NCBI GenBank assembly: GCA_035084275.1
Contig: CM068751.1
Span: 7,316,001 to 7,380,000 of the forward strand
Source of the DNA: Hydrolagus colliei
Lineage: Eukaryota
DNA: 64,000 nucleotides
Direction of reading: 5' to 3'
The position numbers and the translations under genes were made by a program. The first letter of the stretch is position 1. Each line of letters starts with the position of its first letter. Under the pieces are notes generated by a model. That model saw only the letters and a program-made list of their open reading frames with translations, ran no database searches and was not told the DNA's origin. This document shows, piece by piece, positions 39,508 through 52,270 of this stretch.

Positions 39508-41882
39508 AGCTCAATAAATTCCCCTCAGTTGCATTAAAATTCTGCGTTGTGCACTATTGTTCATCAAGCACATGGAACAAACTGAGTATCTGTGTTCACT
39601 TCACATATCTGGGGAAATACACTTATATTGCGATGGGAAATCTCATGCCTATTAATTAAAATTCTATCACGCTGTAGTTCCTGATTTTTTTTTAAAAAGA
39701 GTAATACAACATGAGTAGTTAAGTTAATAACTTGCTGATGGTGGGAAAGGATTTAGATTCAGGAAAACGGCCCTCACCGCATCATTAGTGAACATTGACA
39801 AGTTTGTTAATAATCCTTTCTGCTTCAAATTCCCACCGAGAGTATTAACAATACGAACAACTCTGTATGAATTGTTCTGGTGTCACTGCTCTTAAAATTG
39901 AGTTTGTAGTATTTCAGCTATCGAAAACAAAAAGACCTGTAGCATTGATAAAGCAATACAAGACATGAATACACTGGACATACTCCACCACGGTTTGTTA
40001 GGGCATGTATTAATGCCCATCATTCTCTACAGTTGCTGATGTTAATTGTATCCTTGTGAAGAAATCGAAGGAAGGGCAATGCAAGTTAAAGAAAGGAAGA
40101 GGAAGCCTGAATCTTTTTCCCGATTTCTGCAAAATTGGGGGTGTATATCTCCCCTCCTTTACTTAAAGCTACATGGGACTTTGCTGCAATGTTTGACCAC
40201 CACACTTTACACTAAATCCTTCACTTTGTGAAGCGTCCTGCCGATGAGAAAAACGCTATATCAAATGTAACAATCATAAATCTTTCACTTTGATCTAGCA
40301 CCTTATGATTTCTCAAAGTGCTTCACAGCACTTTACCGTAATGTCTAGGGACTGTATTTGTAGGCAAATGTAAGGATGATGATTATTATTATTATGATAG
40401 CTTCGAGGTCTGGTCCTTAGATCAGAGCAAAGGAAGAATTTTTTTTTAAAAAGAAGGATTTTCACTCCACCATCAAATAAACGTTTCCCCACGTCTAATA
40501 GATTGATTGTGTCTATTGATTTGAAACCTTCAATTATTTTCTCTGAGTTTGCCAATATATTTATTTTACATTTCCATGAACCTAATTTCTTCTTATGTTT
40601 GCCGCTGTTGAAATGTCCTTTCCTCTGATAAATTCACTCAGGAATGTCTCTTTCCTCAGTTTGGATCTCTTGTCTTTCAGTCTCTTTCTCTCTCGCTTAC
40701 TTTTATACAGTTTTTTACGAAAAAAATGTTGTTTGCAGTTTCAGATTGTGTCTCCCCATCAAGTCTTCTCTCTACTCACTTGTATGGCTCATTCATCACC
40801 AGCTTCCTGAGTCAAATCATCTTCATAACTGAATACTGATCACGACAGCTTTGCAAACAATGTTCAGTAACACGTAGGGATAAAAAATGCAACATGACGT
40901 ATGATGTGATCATTATCACTGATGATCCCAGCTTCAATAATAGCAATGTTACCATTGCCTTCAGACGAAGTTGGGACCATTCAATAATTATTGAATAGCT
41001 TTGCCTGCAGTTTAAGAAATTGACATTACAGTGTGTGGCTGATACTATAGTTGTCCAACGAATTACTGGAAGCGAAACCATTGTGTATGATATAGATGTA
41101 TAATTTTCTTACTATATATGGAGAAATACCATTAGAAATAAACAATATTTTTTCACGATGCAATATCCAAATGAAGCTTGCATTTCTGTAGATATGAAAG
41201 CTGGTTTGATTGATTTTTTTTCAGGACTGGGAACCAGCACAACTGCTAATTAAAATCAATTTGTAATCAGCTGAACACATACCCCACGTGTTGTGGAGTA
41301 CATCATTGGCAACGTTATTTTATGATCGCTCTGTTGGTGCAACGGCTGTTTAATTGAATATATAGTACATATATTTACGAGCGATTCAGTCGTGTCATTG
41401 CACTGTTGTGGTTCTTTTGTTTTGCCTTTTCTCAAGATATAAAATGAAAAGAAAGAGTATATTCTGTTCCAGGTGATAATTGTCACATCATATAACAAAT
41501 TTCCCTCATTCTAATGTGTAATTGCTGAATAGCCCTCCCCTTAAGCAATCTCTGCTCCTGAAATATCAATCAGGTCTGAGCATAAGCGGAGATGTCCTTA
41601 AATGTAAAGGAAGAACTGTTGGAAAAAAAATCCAGGTTAAGGGAAGGTTAGAGATGCACAACACAAATTATCTCAGAGTCTACCTGTGAAAGAAATGGAA
41701 TGTCAAATGGACTAAAATCCCACATTAATCAGAATTACACAGATAATAATTGTGCAGCTAATTACAAACCCCCTTCAATGCAGTTCCATCTTCTAATGAG
41801 GTGGTGAAGTTGCTAGGTTTCCGCCTTTACGCCATTGTTTAGCACTGTCACCATACACATATACATATTGAGAGAGAGTACA

Positions 41883-41889
<7 letters not shown>

Positions 41890-41913
<24 letters not shown>
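41890..41913. repeat. (TA)n microsatellite
   Basis: Read directly from the sequence. Confidence 0.95.
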
Positions 41914-41914
<1 letters not shown>

Positions 41915-42293
41915 TTGACAGGCATTACAAAACTTAATTGTGCTATTAATCAAAAGAAAACTTTGCAATTTAGTTTTTTTTGACAAAAAGTGGCAGTAAT
42001 AATTTTTTTTGCGAAATGTTAAATGCATTGCATCAGTGCCCAGCATTCCTAAGCACTGTTTGAGGGAATATGTCTTTTTAATGGAAAATGTAGCACCACC
42101 GGCAATCCAACGACAGTGAAGTATTTATAAAGCTTCTGAAGCAGCTAATGACAAATTGCAAAAAATCCGAGGGCTTAGAGGATGTGTGGTTAATGGTTGG
42201 AATAACCATTCCCCATAGCATGAGAACTCTTTGAACAATTTACTTTTTCTCTTGTTGAGCTCACTACCTCAAGGTCTGACCACAGACTTGATA

Positions 42294-42539
42294 CTGCACT
42301 GGCTTCCATCCCGCAATCCCTTCGCCTCACTTCCTCTCTTTCCTCCTTCAAGGCCGGTCTCAAGACCTTCCTCTTCGACCGTGCCTTCTGCTCCCTCCTA
42401 ACTCTTCCCCCTCTCCTCCTCTCCTTCCCCCTACCCCAACCCTTCCCCCCTTGCTCAGATCCCGACCTGATTGTTCAGCGCTTTGGGACGTCCTTTCGAT
42501 GTGAAAGGCGCTCTATAAATGTCATTTTGTTGTTGTTGT
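42294..42539 (+). mobile_element. L2 LINE 3' end, internally deleted
   Basis: LHWLP is followed by QSLRLTSSLSSFKAGLKTFLFDRAF, a pyrimidine-rich UTR, and cagcgctttgggacgtcc...aaaggcgctctataaatg with (TTG)n. Confidence 0.88.
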
Positions 42540-42639
42540 CTCCTCACCTGTTTATCTTTCTCAACCTTTGGCAAACACTTAATACTGTAATACGGTAAAT
42601 TGACCTTTTCCATCCGTTTTCTGCTTGTCGACCTTCTCA

Positions 42640-42732
42640 ACTCCTCCCTCACTTTATTTCAAAGCGCTCTGAGATGCTGTCCGGCATGGAGGGCGCTATA
42701 TAAAGCGAAGTTGTTGTTGTTGTTGTTGTTGT
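42640..42732 (+). mobile_element. L2-type 3' tail fragment
   Basis: aaagcgctctgagatgctgtccggcatggagggcgctatataaagcgaag followed by (TTG)n. Confidence 0.85.
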
Positions 42733-42840
42733 TAATGATATTTGTTTCACTATGTGGTTCCTGGAGTGGCTGAAGCAGTTCAAGATTTTTGTATGTTTTT
42801 GGTTATTTAATTTGCACTCCTGTGCTGCAAGTAAAGGGAT

Positions 42841-42912
42841 ACAACAACAACAGCAACAACAACTTGCATTTATATAGTGCCTTCCACGCCGGGCGGCATC
42901 TCAGAAGGCTTC
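42841..42912 (-). mobile_element. L2-type 3' tail fragment, inverted relative to 42640-42732
   Basis: (CAA)n followed by cttgcatttatatagtgccttccacgccgggcggcatctcaga. Confidence 0.85.
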
Positions 42913-45900
42913 AATGAGGCGGATGCCCGAGGCACTGGATGCTGTATGTAGAAGGACTTATTTCCAAATGTATTGGAAAAATCTAACATTCGGCCTAAGC
43001 TCCAACATCGGTTTCATTGGTTTCACATTCTATCTCCAAACAAGTGTAGTTTTGGTTCTACTCTCAGATTTCTAAGTTCCTTTTTGAAATACTGTATATA
43101 ATTCAGGAAACTGAATCTGGACGTGGGGAGTCAGAGAACCAAGATCGGTTTCTATGAGTTAATGGTATTTAATACATATGGTGCGAAACAGAAGTATTCG
43201 CTTTGTTGAAGAGCATTCCTTTCCCCCAGTGGTTCTGCTCCACTGAAGCAATCAGTGAAATTGTAGACATTTCATACATTATATTTCATACATTATACAC
43301 TGTATGTGTGAAGCACAACGTTTGACACAAAGTTGCAAAGGGCAATGAATGAATGAAGGCAATTCATTATAAAACAAAGAATGAAAAAAGCCCATTTCAC
43401 CCTTCCATCTCGTTTCCTTGGGCTACTGCTTTCTACTCCGATGGCCCTTTGCTTACCTGCAATGCGCATTATCAATTCATTTATACTGCATATATGGAGG
43501 TAGTTATAGGAGCATAACTATTCACATTGTACAGTTTAAAAGTAGCAGAAGTAAATCACCCTGGATTTGCTCTCCTTTGGTCCATTAAATGCTATTGAAC
43601 CACCTTTCAGGAATAGGAAATATAAGTTGGGGGTTTCAACTCCTACGAAGAAAGTATCTTCATTCCTAGCAGTATAAACGCACGTGTGGTACATTAATTC
43701 TAGAAGGGCCGTTATTGAAAGGACTCTTTCCTTTTTCATTTTAAATGATTTACGTCGTTTGAGAATTTTCACCTTCAAGATAATGCAGCTGGTCTCTTCG
43801 GGGAAGATCACTTTGGTAAAGTTCAAGTTCATGGGAGAGATCTAAACGTTCTGTTTGCCCCGGGGAAAATAGTGATATTGTTGGAACACTACAAAAGATC
43901 TCCAACCATATGTAATTTCCATCTATAGGGAGAACAACGTACAGAATTTACTATAATAAATGGCATTCCAGTTGGAACACTGAGGGGTCTCTGCTTACCA
44001 AGACATCTGCTAAAAATGCAGAGAAATGACCAATTATTAGCAGTGAATATACCAAGCCTGAAATGTTAAGGTATATGAATACAACTAAGAGGTCACCGAC
44101 CGAGCTCAAAGTCTCAGTCAGTCTGTCCTTTGGGTGTATGATTATTCTAACAATATTTCTTCTCAACATTTCATTATCTTTTATTTAACCAACCACTGCA
44201 TATGTTTCAACTTTCAGCTATCTCCGCCGTCCAAGTGATGAACATCTTCTAATTAACATTTCTTTAAAAGCCTTGCTCTCGCTCACCTCATTACATGGAG
44301 ATTTTGCTTGTTAATTATCAGCCAAAACGAAAGCCAAAGATCTTAATGGCTTCAGCTAATTAGAATTTTTCTATTAACCTTTCACTAAATTTAGGAATAC
44401 CTACAGATAGAGGAGTTTTAAAGGACCCTGACTCCCAATCTATTTATATTTCATTGCTCTGATCATTTTGTCAAGGAACGTGTGATAATTCTGAGACAGA
44501 GTTTGATGGAGCAAAGGTAAACCGAGATCTCGTTCCTGAATTTTCTTGTGTGACCAACCCCCTCTTGGACAAGTGAGGATGTCAAGTGAGAATAGGTTTG
44601 GGTTTAGCTGCTATGCCATTCTGCCAATCTACAGAGGGGTTCAAATGATGGGGGTTCAAATTACAATACTAAACAATAATGCAAATGAAAAATGTTGCTA
44701 TAATTTTAATCTGTCTAATAGAGAAGCAACTGAGGAGAACTCTTACATTTTAATACTCTTAAATAGCTCATGAGTTTACTTTTCTTAACTGATGGGAAAG
44801 AAGGGGCACCATCTGTTTGCTCGGTTTAGATTTACTCTGACATTTCCGTTGCTCGGTTGCAGTCATTTTACTCGTGAAAATTTTCTTCCTGTGAATCAGG
44901 TTCATCTAACAGATAATTTACTTAGTTCATTCCTAATTGGTAACCTGACTCCAGCAGGGCCTTCAGTTAATGTTTATTTTAAGTGTTTCAATGTAGTTTT
45001 TGTCGAAAATAAAAATCTGTGTCCAATGATCATTACATACTTATTATAATATACCTATACACTATATATATATACATAGATAGATAGATATTTAAAAAAT
45101 GCACTTTCTCTTGCACAGTATTTTCATTCCTTTTACAACCTGTGATTTAATAGAAACTGCTCATATTTTTAGTAATGCAACCTTGTAAATCACACCTAAA
45201 TACTGCTTATACAAGGAGGCCTTGCCTTCCAGTTTATTAGAGTTTTTACAGTGTAAAGCATTTTCACATGGTTCTAATCATACAGCACACCACAAAGACA
45301 AAGCTCATTATATCCGTCCCTGAAAACTCAGGATAATCTCATGATTTGGGTAAAAATGTGTCAATTTTCAGAGATTGTAACTTCACTTTCAGTCAGAACA
45401 AATTCTATATTTTCAGCAATTTTTCCACTTCTCTTTCTACCCTCACTCCAAACCCCCGATAACTGGGATTCAATTCCGCAGGCGCTCTCCAATATCTCCT
45501 AGCTTGTATGTCGAGCATGCATTAATATCTGCCTCTCTTTGCAAATCAGTTGTCAGGATTATAATAATGATATCCTTCTAAATATCTGCGCAGCTGCCGT
45601 TTTCAAATTCTTTTGCTAATTAAGTTGCAAAAATGTACTGAGTCGCATTCACTCAATTCCTTCTATTTGCCAGAACATAGAGTGCAATTGTGGAAAAGTG
45701 AAATAGAAGAGTTTCTAGGTGATTAAAGTCTTCTGTGAATATCGGTGTAACTTCTCTTCTTACATGTGAATCTAGTTAAAAGCAAGACACGGTGTCTGGC
45801 CCCCAATCTATGGCATAAAATGAGATCCCACTGTGTGGCTTATTCATACTTATTTGTTAATAGCAACAATACTTTTCCCCTTCAAATAACGTTTGTTGTT

Positions 45901-48729
45901 GTCTGGTGGAAGTAATCCAAAAAGTTAAGTTACTTTTTCCTAACCCCCTCCCGGTATTGTTTACTTGAAAGATTACATGAGACTGAGGAAGTTATCTCGA
46001 GAAGGATCAGACTTACTCCATTCATAATGACAAACCTTCAAATCAGCAAATAGCTCCAGGCATGTCTACTTGTGGAAGTCTGTGCTCTGGAACAGTCAAG
46101 CAAATCACTTATGTGCCTGAGAGATGTGTGTCAGGGGTACCCCCACTACAAAGGGAAAGAAACCCTGTGACTTTGTATGATTCCAGAGTGATGACAGGTT
46201 TACTCTCTACAAGCACCTTCCTGTGCATAGAGCTGCGATAAAGTACTAGCCATTCCATGCTCTTAGTATTTGGTCTCATATTAAAGTCGCCTGATTTTGA
46301 GTTCGCCCTGCTGCAACAGTGATATAATTCCCACATCACAAGGGACACAATAATATTGATCGGATTCTGCCATGTAACGATACAAAGTACTGCACTTGGT
46401 ACCAGAGGAGAATTTTAAATACCTGATACATTTTCCGTTATGATTACTGGTTGAAATGGATGTTCAGTCAGCAACAGTCGCAGCTGTGCATGTGTGAAAA
46501 GAAACACCAAAACTAAAAATATCCTACCTGCATATTCAGGCTATATTGCGTTAAAACAGAGATCTACAAATATCTGATGGCTTTCTCTTTCCTGCTGGAA
46601 AGTCCTCGCGACATGAAAGGGGCTCTACAAATCAAATTTTGTTGTTCTTGTTGTTGCTAACAAATGCGAACTGCATTGTGCGTTTTGTAAATATCAGTAA
46701 GAGAAATCAGACTGAAGCTATCCCAAAGGCATAACAGGTTGAGGCAGCCTTGGCTTTTGACAAACCACAGAGCCACAAGTCGTACTCTCAGGCTAACATC
46801 GGTGATCTCAGTCAGTGCAGTCACAGAGGCCCACAACTGTCGTTAGTGGCCACTAGGCCTTGGAACCGTCCCTCCTCTTGATCCATATCCCGTAGGCAGA
46901 ATGCATCCCTCCAGGGAGAGAGTGTAGATTCCAACAATCTATTAGGGGGTATTTCCATGTGTGGGTGGGAGGTGTGGAAATCTCAGCTTGGTTTAGATAC
47001 TCTTGAGCAGAGTGATGGGATTCTCCATATGTCTGAAACCGAGCCAACCCCAATCATTTTTGTTTTTTTAAATATCCAACAGGCTCTGATGCTATGCTAA
47101 CTGAGGACAATGCTGAGTTTATCAGTGTCCTTCCCTTCAACATCTCCATATAGCTCAAATAAATGGGTAAGAAAAAGGTTGATTATGTTTGACTGGTTAA
47201 AAACAAAGTGCCTTCATACCACAAGCTGAAGAAAAGAAAAGCCACAGAGGTTTGGGATTGTGGTACCAATCCTTACGGTAATATGTATTATTATTAGTAT
47301 TAGTAGTCGTACAGTACAGATAGGAAGCTTGAATGGGAGTAATACAATATATTTTCTTAAATTCTTGAAAAGTAGCTGGTTGAAACTACTGGTATTTTTT
47401 TACTGGGTTAATATGAAGAAGTTTGCTATTACAAATCTGGAGTGAAAACAGTTGAGATACTATAGAGGGAGCTACTGTATGTCTTGCTGATAATAAGAAC
47501 TGGACTACTGCAGACGTATAAATCAGGAGGAGCTGTTTGCTATCTCTGGTACTGTACAAGATTTATTTGAGGCCTGTTTCCATGATAGCACATCTGAGTG
47601 CTGTGTGCTGGAGGTGATGCCATAATTTCACCATGGTGGTGAAACAGTTGTCTTCTCAGAGTAGGAATTGATTAATACAGTTGCACTGCTTTATCCTACA
47701 TCATGTGAGGCACTTGGAGATGTCTCGAAGACATTAGAAGGTGGTATTTTTTTAAAATGTTTAGGGATCTACAAATCCATAAACTAAACATTGAAATTGA
47801 AATAACTTGCACACTTCCTCCCCATGTGGAACTAGATTCCTCTACCTTGGATGATCAAATAAGGCAAATCCTTATCCGAAGAGCTGTAGAAATCAATAAT
47901 TGTGCAAAATACATCAAATACTAACACAGCACAACTGACTCTGAATCCCCGTGATCATTAATTCTCTGAGATATGTAGATCAATGTAAACTGTCTCCAAC
48001 TCCAGGAAGCAACATATCGTCCGGTGTTTTAGCAAGCCACAAGGACCAGGAAATTTATTTGATGCTACGCTGCTGATTTTGCCACTCTGGGTTGCTGTGC
48101 GCAATCATTTCTATTTCTTCACCCTATCCTTTAAACAGTCAGGAACTGGCCCTTGCTCATGACCATTGCACATTGATGTCCCAACTTCATACCCAGTGAA
48201 ACTCGCAGCGTTTAATGTAATTGCTGGATTGGAGCCCAGAGAGGGAATCATTCAAGTCAACAGATGACGTCATTGTGGCCTGAAAACTTTTAACGCATGA
48301 CTGAGGTAACTGGATACTAAGGGTAAAATATTAAAAGCTTGCAACACTATAAAATACTCTTTTCTTTCTGTTTGTTTTTAAAACTGATGTATTTCAGAAG
48401 TTGAAGCAGCTGTCTATTCATTTACTGAGGTGGCACGGCCATTAATCTTTCCATGGTATGAAGGAAAACAAGAAGGTGATCTGGTGCATTTTGTTATGTC
48501 ACCTGTGCTGAACATTTCTAATGTAACATAAGAGGAAGAGACAAAATGAACTTTTTCTCCACCTTCGTCTCCTGTTTTCTCTTCCAGCCACATTTTACAA
48601 GCAGTAACTTATGCTAGTGTAACATTCCATAGGCCTTCAAACCTCTCGTATGCCTTAGTTAAGTAGCCATTCTTCTTATGGGAAACCAGACAGTGAGCAT
48701 CGGTAAGCTCCACAACTACTGAGGCCATT

Positions 48730-49063
48730 ATAATAACTAATAATAATGATAATAATCCTTTCCACATCTTATCAACGTCCCAAAGCGCTTCACAGAATAT
48801 ACTGTAAAGTGAATTGACTGTATATATTTGTGGGCGAATCGCGGCAGCCAATTGCGCACAACAGTATCCCACACACAGTCATGGATTGAAATGACCAAGT
48901 TTATTATTGTGGTTTTTTTGGAGGGATTATTATTAGGCGTGTGGAGTAAAGAAACTTGCCCAAGGTTTCGCCCTGACCTGTCTGGATTTGAACACAGGTC
49001 TCCCCAGCTCGGTCTCCCCAGCTTGCAAGACAAGTGCTCTAACCACTGAGCCACAGGAGCTCC
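48730..49063 (-). mobile_element. Full-length tRNA-SINE, young family, with intact Pol III boxes
   Basis: The minus strand reads ggagctcctgTGGCTCAGTGGttagagcac...GTTCAAATCC. A 13-bp tandem duplication lies at 48997-49023. Confidence 0.93.
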
Positions 49064-50018
49064 ACAGTCAAGCAAAAGGCTTTTATTTAAACTTGAAAAT
49101 GCACTCCCTTGCATTTCCAGCAAAGGGGGTGGGAATTGGCGGCAATTTACAGTAACATGATTAGGAAGGGACTCCTATGAATTTTCACCTTCTAAACATG
49201 AGAAGAAGCTGTTTGTACGGTTGCCTCTGCCAGTCCAGATGTGATCATCTCCTACTCAATAATGGGACCAGCTTTTTCTTACAATATTGTCTCTCTCTCT
49301 TCAGCTTAGTTTGATAGTAAAAGATCCAGGCTTACGTTATACTATCCAACTATTTAGGAATATTAAATACAGAAATTGCCAGATGAATACTTTGGCCAGA
49401 CGACTGTTTAATTGAGACCATACATTAATTTAATTGGGCATGTGGATTTTGAAATTCACACTGAGCATTTCACCATGTTATTTTCCTATTAAATTTTCCT
49501 CATTCTTCACTGTAGCTATTCATCTAGTTTTCATCACATTCCTCCCAGGATATATACATCTCACTACTTCCTTTTGAAGAGTTTGATTTTGCCCTCAACA
49601 GGGCTTAGCTACAAGGATAGAATCATATCCTGGGGGTTTGGATCTCCTTAGTCTATGATTATAACGCAAGAGATTTATTTTTCACTTTAGTTAGTTGGGG
49701 ATGTAGATGCACATTCTTTTATGGGTAGGGCTTTGCCCTTTGAACATTAGCACTTCCTCTCAGGTGCCTATGACTATCACAATCTCCTTATTATCTTGCT
49801 TATATAGCTAATGCATACTTAATGAACTGGCTCAGTGCACTTATTCCGCTCACCATGCTGGCATTAGTTGCTGTTTAGCTGTTGTCTTAAGATAAGTGTC
49901 TAGTGTTCCAAACTTTCATTTTATTGCTATTCTATCTTTATTTACTTGTGCCGTATAGAGTATATCAGCTCCATATTCCACTGTTTTTTATAATTTCCAG
50001 AGGCTTCAAGTACCCCTC

Positions 50019-50187
50019 ATAATAGCTTTTGAAAGAGAATTAGATCTTTATTTAGGTAGAACAGGTCTGTTAGGTTATGGGGGGAGAGCTGGGCAGTGGG
50101 ATTGAGTTGCTCTTTTCAAAGAGCCGGCACAGACTAGATGGGCCGAATGGCCTCCTTTTTTGCCGTAAAATTCTATGATTCTATGAT
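50019..50187 (+). mobile_element. Short 3' fragment of the same young CR1 family
   Basis: Close match to the reverse complement of about 20440-20610, including gagccggcacagactagatgggccgaatggcctcc and an attctatgattctatga tail. Confidence 0.93.
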
Positions 50188-50454
50188 ATTTGTTTTTCCA
50201 TCAATGGTTCAGTTGGTAAAACCACTGCCCAATTTGAGATTTTAGCCACACAGCCTAGGTTTAGTTCTTGGTTTGTTCTGAGTTATGTGATAATGGACAA
50301 TTGATGTGAGGTGGGAACAGGATTGAGTTAGACTGTGATCCCCTCCTTCGTTGAATCACATGGCCACCATGGGGCTAGGGGAAGTGCCTTTAGGTGTCAG
50401 CCTGTCTCACTTGCTAGGATTCTTATCCCTAAATCATAAGTTGTGGATTCAAAC

Positions 50455-50610
50455 TAGGGTCCGGCGATATATTCGATATGTTAAAAAAAATCGATATATC
50501 ACAAATATCGGTATATCGTGTCCAGCAATATATCGATATATCGGTATATATTGGTACAATGCGGACTTTTTCAACTTACCTTGCCGATATCCAAATGCGC
50601 GGATCACTCC
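50455..50610. mobile_element. CpG-rich non-autonomous DNA transposon remnant (hAT-like)
   Basis: Starts TAGGGtccggcgatat and contains many CGATAT/ATATCG motifs in both orientations. The right terminus is imperfect. Confidence 0.45.
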
Positions 50611-52011
50611 ATGATTTTGAACTCATGGAGTATAGGATGACACTTGATTCCTGCATTCACTCACAAGAGCACAGACATTATTATTTACAAAAAGTCTCTG
50701 AAGCATTTTGAGGTTTGAAGTTATATGTTACTATGTCATATGCAACTTTTATTATTGTATCAAATGAAATTAATGGAATTATGAGTTAAACAGAAGCCCG
50801 TCAGTGTACAACTGGTAGAATTTCAGGATCTAAATTCTTAATGTAACTGGCTTACAATTATTTTTGCTGATTCCAAGATAATTGGAAACTGGAAAATGTT
50901 ACTTTATACTCAAAGTGCACTATAATCTGTGCAAGCGGTTGGCAGGAAATATTGTTCCATTTTCACATGAAGGTAAACCAAGCCTATTTTAAGGCAGCAA
51001 AGCTTGAATTCCCAGAGAGAAAAGTGGGTTTTGAATATCCTAAACTGTTGAATAACTGGAATGTATAATCTCACAAAGACTATTTTAAAATCTCCCTAAA
51101 TTTTCAAGCGTAAGACTTCAAAATCAGGTTTCTTATAGAGCTGATTCCATAACATCTGCTGCCAAGGAATTAGGGCACGAAGGATCCTCTGTCCAATTTA
51201 TGTCATCATGTTACTGCCCAATTTAGTACTAATGACCCAGTGGCGTAGCCAAATTTACAGATAAAGTACTAAAAGACAGGTGTCAAAATAAGAGGATTGA
51301 AATCCCATACTGTGCCAGATGACTGATGAATACTGGGGTGAGTGCTGTAACAGCAGCAGTGCAGCTGAAAGCAATGCTAGATGTTCAGTGAAAACCGTTA
51401 TATTCCAACAACAGCTTGCATTTGTATAGCACCCATCACTCAGGCTGTGTTTCGGAGCACATTCCACACAGAATGGTAGCTCTAACTCCAGTGCAAAAGA
51501 ATGATAGGGAATCAGCAACTGAATTTCTTCTAGGTTGTCAGTCCATGTGCCACTATGACCAATTTCTCTGTAAGCCCCTCCTGGGTAAACAAACATTGAT
51601 GGAAACCCCCAGGTTAGTCAACATGGAACACCGTTAAATGGATCATTAGTGAGGCAACATTATAGACCTCCTGGGGTGAGATAACGTCTGTCACCACAAC
51701 TCGTAGGAAGTTGACTTGTTCAGGAAACATGCTGGGCAATGCAAAAGGGGAAACAAATGTTGCTTTCAGCCTATATGCTCAGACTGCTGAGAACTGCTTC
51801 AAATCAAACTAATTCTCATGTTGCCTTAAAATGTTAGTGCCTAAATCCCCCATTGTCTATTCCTTCCCTTTCCCCTTTCAAACTCAGATCATGGAAACAA
51901 TAGTAAGTTTATGCGTGTGTACTTGTTCCAAGTCATGGCACACAACATGTGTTTTGTCTGTGGATATACCCTGCTCCCAGAATTAGATGTTCAGGTTAGG
52001 AAACCACTATC

Positions 52012-52270
52012 AAAACACAAAATACTACAGATGCTGGGAATCTGAAACAAAAACAGAAGTTGCCGGGGAAACTCAGCAGGTCAGGCAGCATCCATGGAGA
52101 AAGGAAAAAGAGTCAACGTTTCGGGTCTACAACCCTTCGTCAGAACTGGGGCTTGTTTTCAAACAAGTTCTGATGAAGAGTTGTAGACCTGAAACGTTGA
52201 GTCTTTTTCCTTTCTCTGTTGATGCTGCCTGACCTGTGGAGTTTCCCCAGCAACTTCTGTTTCTGTTTTA
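52012..52270. mobile_element. Fold-back non-autonomous element of Penelope-like origin
   Basis: Inverted arms of about 105 bp (roughly 52045-52147 and 52166-52268), each ending in CTGAYGAAG..GAAACGTTG. A central hairpin cttgttt-tc-aaacaag separates them. Confidence 0.8.
52111..52147 (-). ncRNA. Putative minimal type I hammerhead ribozyme motif
   Basis: The minus strand reads AGUU-CUGACGA-A-GGGU-uguag-ACCC-GAAA-CGUU-GACU. It has both core boxes, a 4-bp stem II, a 4-bp stem I and the palindrome AACGUU in place of stem III. Confidence 0.6.

Noticed and set aside
48990-49063. tRNA gene (Ala-like head)
   Set aside because: It is a SINE head. There is no proper acceptor stem or terminator, and it continues into the SINE body.
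48737-49123. 128-aa ORF and similar peptides at 38486, 51987 and 54469
   Set aside because: These are translations of SINE or fold-back repeat sequence, not genes.
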